Shown here: one piece after another, positions 1 to 8,511 of the stretch | Layout: each line of letters begins with the position of its first letter | Position numbering within the stretch: the first letter of the stretch is position 1 | Notes under the pieces: model-generated | What the model was told of the DNA's origin: nothing | What the model saw: the letters and a program-made list of their open reading frames with translations, nothing else | Database searches by the model: none | Made by a program: the position numbers and the translations under genes | DNA from: Fimbriimonadia bacterium | GTDB lineage: Bacteria; Armatimonadota; Fimbriimonadia; Fimbriimonadales; JABRVX01 | NCBI GenBank assembly: GCA_041483895.1 | Contig: JBGPGO010000002.1 | Span: forward strand, 192,001-256,000 | Direction: 5' to 3' | Length of the DNA: 64,000 nucleotides

Positions 1-963
1 AAGCGCGGCGTTTTATCGATCTTCCGACCCGCGTCGCCCGACGAAACGCAACGGGTGAAATTGAAAGGACTGGACGCAAAAAAGAGCTACTGGATCTGGT
101 CCGAAGAGGGTTCTGTCGCGCCCGGACAGCAGACTGGCGCGCAATTGATGAATGGCCTGGACATCTCCCTGGCGTCGCAATTCAGCTCCGACATGATCTT
201 TGTTGCGACCGCGAAACCGGCCGAGTTCGTTCAACCGGGAGCGTTTGCAACCCACGCCCCCACGACGGACAGCGATCCGTTCCACTCGCGTGCGGTCATC
301 TCTTGGGAGCCCGCGCCGCATGCCAACGCATATCGAATCACCGCTACCGCCGGCGGAAAAAAGATCGATCAAGAGGTCGTCTATGCTCCATCGATTCGTT
401 TGGACAACTTGGCACCCGGAGCGAAGATCGAATGTCGGATCGAGGCGCTTGGATGGGGCGGCGAGCACGCGGCGGCGCCTGTTGTGTTTACTTCCACCGC
501 GCTGAAAGGGAGCGAGGGCGCGCTCTGGCTATCGGATTTGGATTGGCAGAAGTCGACAGTCGGCTCTGGGGGCATCGTGCGAAGAGACGTTAATGTCTAT
601 GGCAACGCGCCCACGATCGGAGGAAAGGCGTTCGAGAAGTCGATCTGGACTCATGCGTTCAACGATGCCACGCCGGCGGATGTCGTCATCACCGTTCCTG
701 CCGGATTCACTGCATTCCGGGCGGAGTGCGGCGTGGATGACGCGGCCAAGGGCGGAAGTGTGCAGTTCGAAGTTCTGCTCGATGGCGAAAAGGCGGCGCT
801 CAGCCCGGTCCTGCATCCGGGAGCAACGCATCGCTTCGACGTTCAACTCGGCAAAGCAAAATCGATTACGCTGCGCGTTTTCAACGGCGGCGACGGATAT
901 AACTGCGATCATGCCGTATGGGGCTACGCGCGATTCGTCAAAGACAACGATCCCATACATTAG
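1..963 (+). CDS. 5'-partial glycoside hydrolase (alpha-galactosidase-like C-terminal region) with FN3-like and NPCBM/NEW2 domains
   Basis: Frame is open from base 1. 'VKLKGLDAKKSY' resembles a GH36 C-terminal domain. 'LWLSDL...GVDD...GSVQFEV..DG...GDG..CDHAVW..ARF' is the NPCBM signature. Confidence 0.7.
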   Translation, partial: KRGVLSIFRPASPDETQRVKLKGLDAKKSYWIWSEEGSVAPGQQTGAQLMNGLDISLASQFSSDMIFVATAKPAEFVQPGAFATHAPTTDSDPFHSRAVISWEPAPHANAYRITATAGGKKIDQEVVYAPSIRLDNLAPGAKIECRIEALGWGGEHAAAPVVFTSTALKGSEGALWLSDLDWQKSTVGSGGIVRRDVNVYGNAPTIGGKAFEKSIWTHAFNDATPADVVITVPAGFTAFRAECGVDDAAKGGSVQFEVLLDGEKAALSPVLHPGATHRFDVQLGKAKSITLRVFNGGDGYNCDHAVWGYARFVKDNDPIH

Positions 964-1175
964 GGCAATTTACCCAATGCAAACTCGATGTCGTGTTCTA
1001 CAATGGCACCAAGGTCATCAAGTCGTCGGCCTACGGCAAGCTCAAAGGTCGTCACGCATAATTCGTTGATCGAATCGTTTGTACCTTGGAAGAACGGAAA
1101 GAATCGGTGGACCCCAAGCGAAGCCATGCTTCTCTGTCCTTGACGAACCACAATTGTGCGTGGCTAGTCGAACTC

Positions 1176-1793
1176 TCACCAAGTTTGCTCCAAGAGCGTT
1201 ACCTTCAATCCCTCTGTACTTCTTCGTCTCAGCGAACGCTCGCACCAGTCGAAATGCTCTCGGGGAAGGTAAGCGCCGCCAACCATGGCGACTGGCGCTC
1301 CGTCCAGCCATACTTTACCACTGCCTCTAAACATTACCGGCCAAGAGTTCGGCACGTTGTTGATTACAAAGCCCGCCATATAAGGGTCCTGGAAAGACTC
1401 CACGGCCGGAATCTGGAATACTAGATGACAGAGCACAACAACATTCAGAAGCTGCTGCCAGTCGCCTCTGTGATGGTTCAGATAAGAGCGGACGCCTCTT
1501 CGCAACGCAGATGCATCTTGTTCAGAGATCCACAGCATCTTCTCCATGATACTCTTACGGTTCTGGGCTGCGGCTCGTCCAGATCCCACACTATTAAACC
1601 ATGAGGGGAGTGATTCCAGGGTACCGGCGATCGCATCGCCGGACACATTTGGCGGCTGCCGAACTGAGGCCGGGCTGTGCGGAACTTCTGTTCGCCGGCA
1701 AACCACAAATCCGATAATTGATGTAGCAATTATCAACGTTGCTGCCCAAATAAAGAATTTCCTTCTGGATTTTGCCACTATATTAGTATGCAT
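1176..1793 (-). CDS. Hypothetical protein with N-terminal transmembrane anchor
   Basis: 205-aa ORF with basic-then-hydrophobic N-terminus; visibly more AT-rich than neighbours; GAGGAG upstream. Confidence 0.55.
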   Translation of the reverse strand: MHTNIVAKSRRKFFIWAATLIIATSIIGFVVCRRTEVPHSPASVRQPPNVSGDAIAGTLESLPSWFNSVGSGRAAAQNRKSIMEKMLWISEQDASALRRGVRSYLNHHRGDWQQLLNVVVLCHLVFQIPAVESFQDPYMAGFVINNVPNSWPVMFRGSGKVWLDGAPVAMVGGAYLPREHFDWCERSLRRRSTEGLKVTLLEQTW

Positions 1794-1827
1794 TTTACCT
1801 TATCTCCTCGGTAAAGCCTATCGGTGG

Positions 1828-2832
1828 TTACCTTTGGATAGGTGGTATCGACCGTGAAGGTGGGGGTAGGTTTGTGCTATGCCCTGGGAAGGCGTGCGCC
1901 GATGGATCGATACGGGTCTTCGCATAGCAGACCGCTGTGCACGCCTCGCCGACGCCGGTAGCCAAAAGACGGAGCTTGCCTTCAAATTGCGCGATGTCCC
2001 CGGCGGCGAACACTCCTGTGCGGTTGGTTTCTCGGCGCTCATTCACTTTGATCTGGTTGCCTTCGATCTCGAGCCCCCAATGTCGCAGCGGACCAAGATC
2101 GGCTTGAAAGCCGATGTTCACCGAAATCGCGTCCACCGGGATCCGCTCCGTTTCCTTCGTTTTCATGTGCCGAATCGTCACCGCTTCCACTCGTCCGTTA
2201 CCGTGCAGCTCGGCCACTTCATAAAATGTGCGCAGGTTGACCGGGCTGGCAAGAACCTGCCGCACAGTGTCCTCATGCGCGACAAAAACATCCCGGCGAT
2301 GGATTTGGGTCGTGGTCCCGGCGTGAGGATGCAGCGCCAGCGACCAATCGAACGCCGAGTCTCCGCCGCCCACAATGAGCAGGTTTTTCACCGCAAAGTT
2401 AGACTTATCCCGGACGCCATACCAAAGGCCCTTCCCCAAGAACAGCTCCTCGTTCTCCAAACCCAGTGTTCGAGGAGAAAACGCCCCGACCCCGGCAGTG
2501 ATGATCACCGTCCGGCCTTGCAGCTTTCTGCCGGACAGAGTTGTGATCTCAAATCCGCCCGTGATTTCTGCCAATGATTCGCAGCGCTCGTCCAAAAACA
2601 CCTCGGCGCCGTATTGCAGCCCCTGCTCCGCCATCTCGCGTACCAGATCCTTCGCCAGCACCTTCGGAAACCCCGGCATATCGTAAATGTACTTTTCGGG
2701 ATAGAGCGCCGTGAGCTGCCCCCCGAGTTCCGGCAGGCTGTCGACGATCGTGACACTCATCTGCCGCAGGCCCGCGTAGTAGGCCGCGAAAAGCCCAACC
2801 GGCCCGCCACCGAGTATCAGCACGTCCTTCAT
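1828..2832 (-). CDS. Ferredoxin--NADP(+) reductase, thioredoxin-reductase-like (YumC type)
   Basis: GGGPVG FAD motif, 'GGQLTALYPEKYIYD.PGFP', GGGDSA, 'AAGDI', C-terminal 'PGHST'; no CxxC. Start overlaps the moaE stop (ATGA). Confidence 0.88.
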   Translation of the reverse strand: MKDVLILGGGPVGLFAAYYAGLRQMSVTIVDSLPELGGQLTALYPEKYIYDMPGFPKVLAKDLVREMAEQGLQYGAEVFLDERCESLAEITGGFEITTLSGRKLQGRTVIITAGVGAFSPRTLGLENEELFLGKGLWYGVRDKSNFAVKNLLIVGGGDSAFDWSLALHPHAGTTTQIHRRDVFVAHEDTVRQVLASPVNLRTFYEVAELHGNGRVEAVTIRHMKTKETERIPVDAISVNIGFQADLGPLRHWGLEIEGNQIKVNERRETNRTGVFAAGDIAQFEGKLRLLATGVGEACTAVCYAKTRIDPSAHAFPGHSTNLPPPSRSIPPIQR

Positions 2833-3527
2833 TCCGCCGCCACCTGCCGGTCGCCTTCCACCCAAAACGCGCCGCTCCGGGTGAACTCTTTCTTCCAGAT
2901 TGGCACGTCCTGTTTCAATGTGTCGATAAGAAAGCGGCATGCCTCGAACGCCTCCGACCGGTGCGGGGTGGCTGCCGCGACAAGTACGGCGGTGTCACCA
3001 GGCGACAACCGCCCGAGCCGATGAACCATGACCACCTCCGCGCCAAATTTCCGGCGCGCCTCGTTTTCAATCTCTCGCATCTGGCGCAGCGCCATCTCCG
3101 TGTGGGCGGAATATTCCAGGTATTCGGTCTCCACATCCCCTGTGCGGCCACGGACGATGCCTTGAAAAATGACCAATCCGCCGTTTGAGCATTCGAAGGT
3201 GTTGGGGTCTTTGGTGGTTGGCGGTTGGGAGGGATCGGCGGGCGAGGACCCCAACACAACACTCCCCTTCACAGTGCGACCGGGAACGGATGGGGATTCG
3301 AGCGTGTTGGGGTCTATGGTGGTTGCCGGTTGGGAGGGATCGGCGGGCGAGGACCCCAACACAACACTCCCCTTCACAGTGCGACCGGGAACGGATGGGG
3401 ATTCGAGCGTGTTGGGGTCTTTGGTGGTTGGCGGTTGGGAGGGATCGGCGGGCGAGGACCCCAACACAACAAGCGGTGGCTTCAGCCAGGAATCCAAGCG
3501 GATCGGTTCATAGATGAGGACGACCAT
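2829..3527 (-). CDS. moaE: Molybdopterin synthase catalytic subunit with an in-frame repeat insertion near the N-terminus
   Basis: 'F.GIVR', 'LEYSA', 'HRLG', 'HR.EAF.AC...ID.LK..VPIWKKE' motifs; directly downstream of moaD. Confidence 0.9.
   Translation of the reverse strand: MVVLIYEPIRLDSWLKPPLVVLGSSPADPSQPPTTKDPNTLESPSVPGRTVKGSVVLGSSPADPSQPATTIDPNTLESPSVPGRTVKGSVVLGSSPADPSQPPTTKDPNTFECSNGGLVIFQGIVRGRTGDVETEYLEYSAHTEMALRQMREIENEARRKFGAEVVMVHRLGRLSPGDTAVLVAAATPHRSEAFEACRFLIDTLKQDVPIWKKEFTRSGAFWVEGDRQVAAE
3199..3467. repeat. Tandem array (105-bp period) of three 59-bp palindromic elements with two 46-bp linkers, REP/BIME-like
   Basis: Copies start at 3199, 3304 and 3409, each bounded by the 11-bp inverted repeat GTGTTGGGGTC...GACCCCAACAC. 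Confidence 0.95.
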
Positions 3528-3754
3528 CAGCCCCCGCTGACCGGCGGCAGGATGGCGACCTCGTCTCCGTCGGAAATCGGGTCGTCCCAGGAGGCGAAGC
3601 GGGAGTTTATCGCCACGCGGCAGAAGGACGTGATGTTGTCCAAACCCAATTCCGACGCCACAGTTCGGCCCGTCGCATCGTCCGGAAGCGTCAGGTCATG
3701 GTTGGGACCGCACCGGTCCGCAAGATGGGCAAATAGGAGCACTCGGCACCGCAT
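3527..3754 (-). CDS. moaD: Molybdopterin synthase sulfur carrier subunit
   Basis: 75 aa, 'VLLFA.L', ends 'DGDEVAILPPVSGG'; TGATG overlap with moaE. Confidence 0.92.
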   Translation of the reverse strand: MRCRVLLFAHLADRCGPNHDLTLPDDATGRTVASELGLDNITSFCRVAINSRFASWDDPISDGDEVAILPPVSGG

Positions 3755-3798
3755 ACGGCGGGATTCTACCTAGGTGAAGTACAATCGGCTGACCTCGA

Positions 3799-5016
3799 AT
3801 GGACGAAAAACTACAATTTCAGTCGCCCGAAGAGCAGCGAAGATACGACGAGGTGGACGCGCAGAAGGTCCTCAACTTGGCGATTCGGCTGCAGCACACC
3901 GACGATTCGCGGATCGACGAGGGGCAACTTTCTGAGATCGCCGAGGAAGCGGGGGTCAAACCCGAGTACCTGAAAATGGCAATGGGGATTGTAGAAAAGC
4001 AGGCTCAGGAAACTCAGGCGCAGACGTTGGTTCCGAAACGGCGGAGACTGAAATTGCCCCGAGCGCCGAAGGAGGGTCTGCTTGGCCATATCTGGAAGGC
4101 GGCCGTTGCTGGGATCCTGGGCGGCGTGGGTCTTGCAATCCTTGGGTTTGCGCTCCATTTAGACGCTCTCGCGGCGGTAGCAGTTGGGCTGGCTATACTC
4201 TTGGGTGTGATTAATTGCGTCCAAACGAGGAAGCCGGGCTGGGGGGCGCTGGCTGGGTTGACTTGGGGCGCCGCCTTCGCCGTAGCGAAGTCCCTGTATC
4301 GTGGCAGCGGCGATGCGGAGGACGTCTTCATGGGGGCGTTCGTCGGTTCCTGGGTTGGGCTAATCTTCGGCGCCATTGGCAGCACCAGTTCGGCGAATGC
4401 GACATTTGTTCCCGCGCAGGCTCCCGTCGCATTCAACCCGACGACGGAGGATCGGCAAGACCTTCTCAAGCAGCTATACACACTACAGGACCGATTGCGC
4501 ATGGGGACGCGCGAGGCCACGTTTTTGTCTGTGGATGTTGTCGGGTCCACAAACATGAAGGCGATCGCCGATCCGTTGGCGGTTGAATACACTTTTGGCG
4601 CCTACCATCGGTTTGTGGCCCAGACGGCGCAAGCGTTCGGCGGCAGCGTTCACAGCACCGCCGGTGACGGAGTCACATGCGCCTTCGACCATCCGGAAAA
4701 GGCCTACCAGGCGGCGCGGACGATTCAGCGGAACATCCATCAGTTCAATCAGAACCAGAACCGGTTGGGCGCTCCGTTTGTTCTGCGTTGCGGACTGCAT
4801 ACCGGCACGGTGGTGGCGCCGACCGGCGATCTGCGCGGGGTGGAGTTTGCGCATGTAATCGACCAGGCCGCTCACCTGCAAAAGGCGGCAGCGCCCGGCG
4901 CAATCGTTTTGAGTGACACGACCGCCGAAAAAATTGTCGATCCGGTCTTGCGGCTAGGACTGTCCGCAATCGAAGTGGACGGCCAACCGGCGAAGTTATT
5001 CCGCGCCGTCACCTAA
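3799..5016 (+). CDS. Membrane-bound class III (adenylate/guanylate) cyclase-domain protein with atypical active site
   Basis: About 4 TM helices, then 'SVDVVGST', 'TAGDG', 'LRCGLHTG'. Confidence 0.8.
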   Translation: MDEKLQFQSPEEQRRYDEVDAQKVLNLAIRLQHTDDSRIDEGQLSEIAEEAGVKPEYLKMAMGIVEKQAQETQAQTLVPKRRRLKLPRAPKEGLLGHIWKAAVAGILGGVGLAILGFALHLDALAAVAVGLAILLGVINCVQTRKPGWGALAGLTWGAAFAVAKSLYRGSGDAEDVFMGAFVGSWVGLIFGAIGSTSSANATFVPAQAPVAFNPTTEDRQDLLKQLYTLQDRLRMGTREATFLSVDVVGSTNMKAIADPLAVEYTFGAYHRFVAQTAQAFGGSVHSTAGDGVTCAFDHPEKAYQAARTIQRNIHQFNQNQNRLGAPFVLRCGLHTGTVVAPTGDLRGVEFAHVIDQAAHLQKAAAPGAIVLSDTTAEKIVDPVLRLGLSAIEVDGQPAKLFRAVT

Positions 5017-5018
5017 GA

Positions 5019-5056
5019 AATCGCCCCCACTCGCGGGGGTCGGAGTGAGGGCGATT
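5019..5056. terminator. Stem-loop between convergent genes
   Basis: AATCGCCCCCACTC...GAGTGAGGGCGATT inverted repeat with one mismatch. Confidence 0.6.
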
Positions 5057-5080
5057 GCACGCGCGGGGAAGAACTAATAG

Positions 5081-5515
5081 CTATCCGGTCAGGACCTTCA
5101 CTTTATGGGGCTGCACGGATTCCACTTTGTGCAGTTTCACCGTTAGCAGCCCATCCTTGAAATGAGCCTCGATCCGATTTGGGTTGACGGGGACGTCCAC
5201 CGTGAAGGATCGCTGGAATTCACCATAGGCTCGCTCCAAGCGAATGTAGTTGTCTTGCTTGTCTTTCTCGCTTAGCACTCTCTTTCCGGATATTGTAAGA
5301 ACCTTGTCCGCCATTTCAACGTCGATGTCCTCGAGACAAAGGCCAGGCAGCTCGACAAGGAATGTGATCTCTGTGTCGGTGTCTTTGATGTCGACAACCG
5401 GCGCCCACGCCCTGCCGAATCCGAGCCATCGCTCGCCGTCGAACAGGTCCTCCATCATATGGCCAAGCCGTTCATAGGGTTTCAATCTGTTGATATCTCT
5501 CAATGGGGTAATCAT
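5081..5515 (-). CDS. Hsp20/alpha-crystallin small heat-shock protein
   Basis: 'PVVDI', 'VELPG', 'LTISGKR', 'ER.YG.F.RSF', 'A.FKDGLLTV.L.K'. Confidence 0.93.
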   Translation of the reverse strand: MITPLRDINRLKPYERLGHMMEDLFDGERWLGFGRAWAPVVDIKDTDTEITFLVELPGLCLEDIDVEMADKVLTISGKRVLSEKDKQDNYIRLERAYGEFQRSFTVDVPVNPNRIEAHFKDGLLTVKLHKVESVQPHKVKVLTG

Positions 5516-5991
5516 CTTTGATCCCTCCTCCGTGATCTGGTGCTAATTTCGGTCGCAAATCGGCTCGGTTCCGAGACATGCTCCATCACCTCGCCAACCA
5601 GGCCCTTGACGGGGCAGGTCACAGCCAAGTCTGCCAAGGTGAAGATGCCTTCGAGCCGGCCGTCATCGTCGACGACCAGCAAGCGACGAACCTGGCGCTT
5701 CGACATCTTGTCGGCGGCCTCATACAGGTCGTCTACCGCTGTAATTGTCACGGCGTGTGGGGTCATGACCTCTGCGACAGGCGTTGATTCAGCATCAAGC
5801 CGCTGCGCAACGACGCGCAAGACAATGTCTCGATCCGTCAGGACGCCAATCGGCTGATCGTCTTCGCAGATGGGAATGCATCCTACGTTACGATCCCGCA
5901 TAAGCCTAGCGGCCGACGCCACAGACGCCTTCGGATCGAGGCTTGCCACATCCTTCGTCATCAGGTTTTCTAGGTCTCGGAGGTTCGTCAT
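5512..5991 (-). CDS. CBS-pair domain protein
   Basis: Two CBS repeats ('VGCIPI...GVLTDRDI', 'VRRLLVVD..G.L.GI.T..DL'); ATGA overlap with the Hsp20 gene. Confidence 0.9.
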   Translation of the reverse strand: MTNLRDLENLMTKDVASLDPKASVASAARLMRDRNVGCIPICEDDQPIGVLTDRDIVLRVVAQRLDAESTPVAEVMTPHAVTITAVDDLYEAADKMSKRQVRRLLVVDDDGRLEGIFTLADLAVTCPVKGLVGEVMEHVSEPSRFATEISTRSRRRDQR

Positions 5992-6089
5992 TGCGACCTA
6001 ATTCCTTTCTTTGACATGGTACTACGGCGCTTACCCCGAAAAATGTCGGTATTCCCAATGACCGACGGACATGCGGTAATCTACGTGGG

Positions 6090-6734
6090 ATGATAGGCGA
6101 CCTGTCGAAAAGGGAATCAGAAATCGTCAAGCTGGCTGCCACTGGCTTGACGGACAAGGCCATTGGACGCAAGCTGGGAATCAGCCAGGGAACGATGAAC
6201 ACGTATTGGACGCGGGTCCGGAACAAACTCAATGCGACCAGTCGGGCCGAGCTTGTCGCCAAGATGATCGAGCATGAAGCGGACCTCGCCAAGGGTGAGG
6301 TTGACCGCCTGCTGCTCATCATAGCCGAAGCGAATCGGATTGAGATGGCCTTGCGGTCCAGTGAGGCTCGGCTTGGAGCCGTATTGGAGCATGCTCCAGA
6401 CGCTATGATGCTTGTGGACGGGGAGACAGGCAAGATCACAACCGTTAATGCGGCCGCGGAACAGCTATCCGGTTACTCACGCGAGGACCTTATTGGCCGT
6501 AGGATAGAATCGATCGTGCCTGAGCGGCTGCGGGAAGGGCACGTCCGCTACAGGAACGAATACTCCGCCCATCCGAGGCGACGGGGCATGAGAGACCACA
6601 CTCCATTGTCCCTCCGCCGCAAAGACGGTGCGGAGATACAGGTGTCCATCTCCCTCAGCTATCTCCGGGACGACGACGAGCTCATCATTATCGCCAGCCT
6701 TCGGGATGAGCGGCACAAAGACCCAAAGGAGTAA
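6090..6734 (+). CDS. LuxR-type HTH (N-terminal) plus PAS domain regulator
   Basis: 'LSKRESEI..L.A.G.TDK.I...LGIS..T...Y..R...KL....RAELV', then PAS 'N.AAE.L.GYSREDLIG...RRKDG.E'. Confidence 0.88.
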   Translation: MIGDLSKRESEIVKLAATGLTDKAIGRKLGISQGTMNTYWTRVRNKLNATSRAELVAKMIEHEADLAKGEVDRLLLIIAEANRIEMALRSSEARLGAVLEHAPDAMMLVDGETGKITTVNAAAEQLSGYSREDLIGRRIESIVPERLREGHVRYRNEYSAHPRRRGMRDHTPLSLRRKDGAEIQVSISLSYLRDDDELIIIASLRDERHKDPKE

Positions 6735-6860
6735 TTGCGGGGTCCGCTTTCTCGCAACTGTCAGTTCTTCCTGATTCCTAAGTCCAACCACCGGCTGGCA
6801 CGTCCTTCGCCGCTGTGAAATTGGCCCTCGGGCCTAAATCCGCAGCACGGAGGACGATTC

Positions 6861-7760
6861 ATGAAGCGCAGACTGTCATTGCTCGGAGCCATCGCTCTGG
6901 GCGGGATAGCGCATGCCCAATTCGCCGGCGATCTCACCGGGTACGGTGTCAATTTGGGCGGCAATAGTTTCTTGGGTCCTGTCAGCGGCTCCACCTTCGC
7001 CGATTTTCAGCCCGGCACGGGTGGAACCGGCGCCACATCTACCGCGGCTGGCACCGGCTTTACCGACGGTGTGAGTTGGACCATTTGGGACGGTTACGGT
7101 CCGCACGGCAATTCCACGACGGGAACCTACCACAACATCAAGGACTTTGGCGGCCAGCAGTTCGATGCCAAAGCTATGTATCTGTCGAACGACGCAATCT
7201 ATCTGTACGTTAGTATCGTAACCGGGTTCAATCCGAATTCGGTGCACGATCCCTACGGCCGAAGTCGGGACTATCGCGTCGGCGACATCGCCATCAATTC
7301 CGATTGGGCGCACAAGACCGCGGCATACGGTCTGATCTTGCCGACGGCTCCCGACGGCAGCTCCGGCACCGGCGCCATCAAGAAGGGCGGCGTATGGTAC
7401 ACGCCGGACGCCGACGTCGGCTTCGGCCCCCCGGTCTATTCGAACTACAAGAAGAACGGGACCAACGGCGGCTCGTATGACTATAAGTACTCGACGCTCT
7501 TGTATAGCGGTAACCCCGTGAAGTACAAGGACCCAGTCACGAACTCGTTCATCGACATGCACCTCCTCGAAGCTCGAGTGAAGCTGAGCGACATCGGTCT
7601 CGGCGTTGGCGACGTGGCGCATACATCATGGGCCATGTCTTGCAACAATGACTTCATCGAGGGGAATCACATCATCCAAGCCGTACCCGAGCCCGGCGCC
7701 TATGCGGCGATCGGATCTGGGATTGTGACCTTGCTTGGTCTCGGGCGTCGTCGGAAGTAG
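6861..7760 (+). CDS. PEP-CTERM sorting domain protein
   Basis: Signal peptide; C-terminal VPEP + TM + RRRK; GGAGG SD. Confidence 0.88.
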   Translation: MKRRLSLLGAIALGGIAHAQFAGDLTGYGVNLGGNSFLGPVSGSTFADFQPGTGGTGATSTAAGTGFTDGVSWTIWDGYGPHGNSTTGTYHNIKDFGGQQFDAKAMYLSNDAIYLYVSIVTGFNPNSVHDPYGRSRDYRVGDIAINSDWAHKTAAYGLILPTAPDGSSGTGAIKKGGVWYTPDADVGFGPPVYSNYKKNGTNGGSYDYKYSTLLYSGNPVKYKDPVTNSFIDMHLLEARVKLSDIGLGVGDVAHTSWAMSCNNDFIEGNHIIQAVPEPGAYAAIGSGIVTLLGLGRRRK

Positions 7761-7787
7761 ATTGCCGCCCTGGGAGGGGCAGTGCTC

Positions 7788-7819
7788 ATCCGCCCGGCCG
7801 ATCCCCCGGGCGGATTTTT
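7788..7819 (+). terminator. Rho-independent terminator
   Basis: ATCCGCCCGG...CCGGGCGGAT followed by a T-run. Confidence 0.7.
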
Positions 7820-8420
7820 ATTCTGCCAGACCCCTGACAAGGAGATCCGCGATGGCTGCCGCGCGCTGTTCGACATCTTTTCGCCTTCCCAACTCGGCTG
7901 GGCTCAATGAGTAGGGGATTAATGAATTCGTCGCCAGGATCAGAGTTTTCGCCGTCGGCAGGCTATCTTTGATCGCGAAGCTGCCGTCCCGCTTTCCCTG
8001 CTCCAAGACCTCCGCGAAGATGTGCGCTTCCGCCTCGAAATAGACGGCCCGTCGCGCCATGTAGGCTCCACGGATGGCGGAAAACACCTCCTCCAGTCCT
8101 GTATGGTAGTCACGGACCTTGTCGAATCGGAGCATGACGCGGGCGACCAGCATCTCCGAAAGCCTCACTTCGGGCTGCGTGCTGGATTGCGCGATCGACG
8201 AAAGATCGCTGAGCACGCGCTGCACCACCCGATCGATGCTGGCGAGGGTGATCTCCTCTTTATTCGAAAAGTGTGTGTAAACGGTGCGGCGCCCGATGCC
8301 GGCTTCCCGCGCAATATCCTCGATCGTCATCTTCTGGTAGCCGGATCGCGCGAGGAGCGTCTCGGTCGCGTCCATAATCGCGTCTCGGTAATCGATCTTA
8401 CGTGAAGTTTGTATGCTCAT
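7818..8420 (-). CDS. TetR/AcrR family transcriptional regulator
   Basis: 'GY..MTIEDIAREAGIGRRTVYTHFSNKEEI' HTH. Confidence 0.93.
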   Translation of the reverse strand: MSIQTSRKIDYRDAIMDATETLLARSGYQKMTIEDIAREAGIGRRTVYTHFSNKEEITLASIDRVVQRVLSDLSSIAQSSTQPEVRLSEMLVARVMLRFDKVRDYHTGLEEVFSAIRGAYMARRAVYFEAEAHIFAEVLEQGKRDGSFAIKDSLPTAKTLILATNSLIPYSLSPAELGRRKDVEQRAAAIADLLVRGLAE

Positions 8421-8428
8421 GGCTCACT

Positions 8429-8453
8429 TGCACAGATTCCGTGTGATTGTGCA
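8429..8453. promoter_or_regulatory. Candidate TetR operator
   Basis: TGCACA-N13-TGTGCA palindrome between a TACAGT -10-like box (8456-8461, minus strand) and the tetR start, in the divergent tetR/cysteine-synthase spacer. Confidence 0.45.
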
Positions 8454-8511
8454 TGACTGTACTACGGGACCAATGCGTCGTCCGTTGTCGCCGAACAAGT
8501 AGAATGCAAAA

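Noticed and set aside
3199..3467. CRISPR array interpretation of the moaE repeat
   Set aside because: The 'spacers' are identical, the repeat is 59 bp, it lies inside a CDS, and there are no cas genes.
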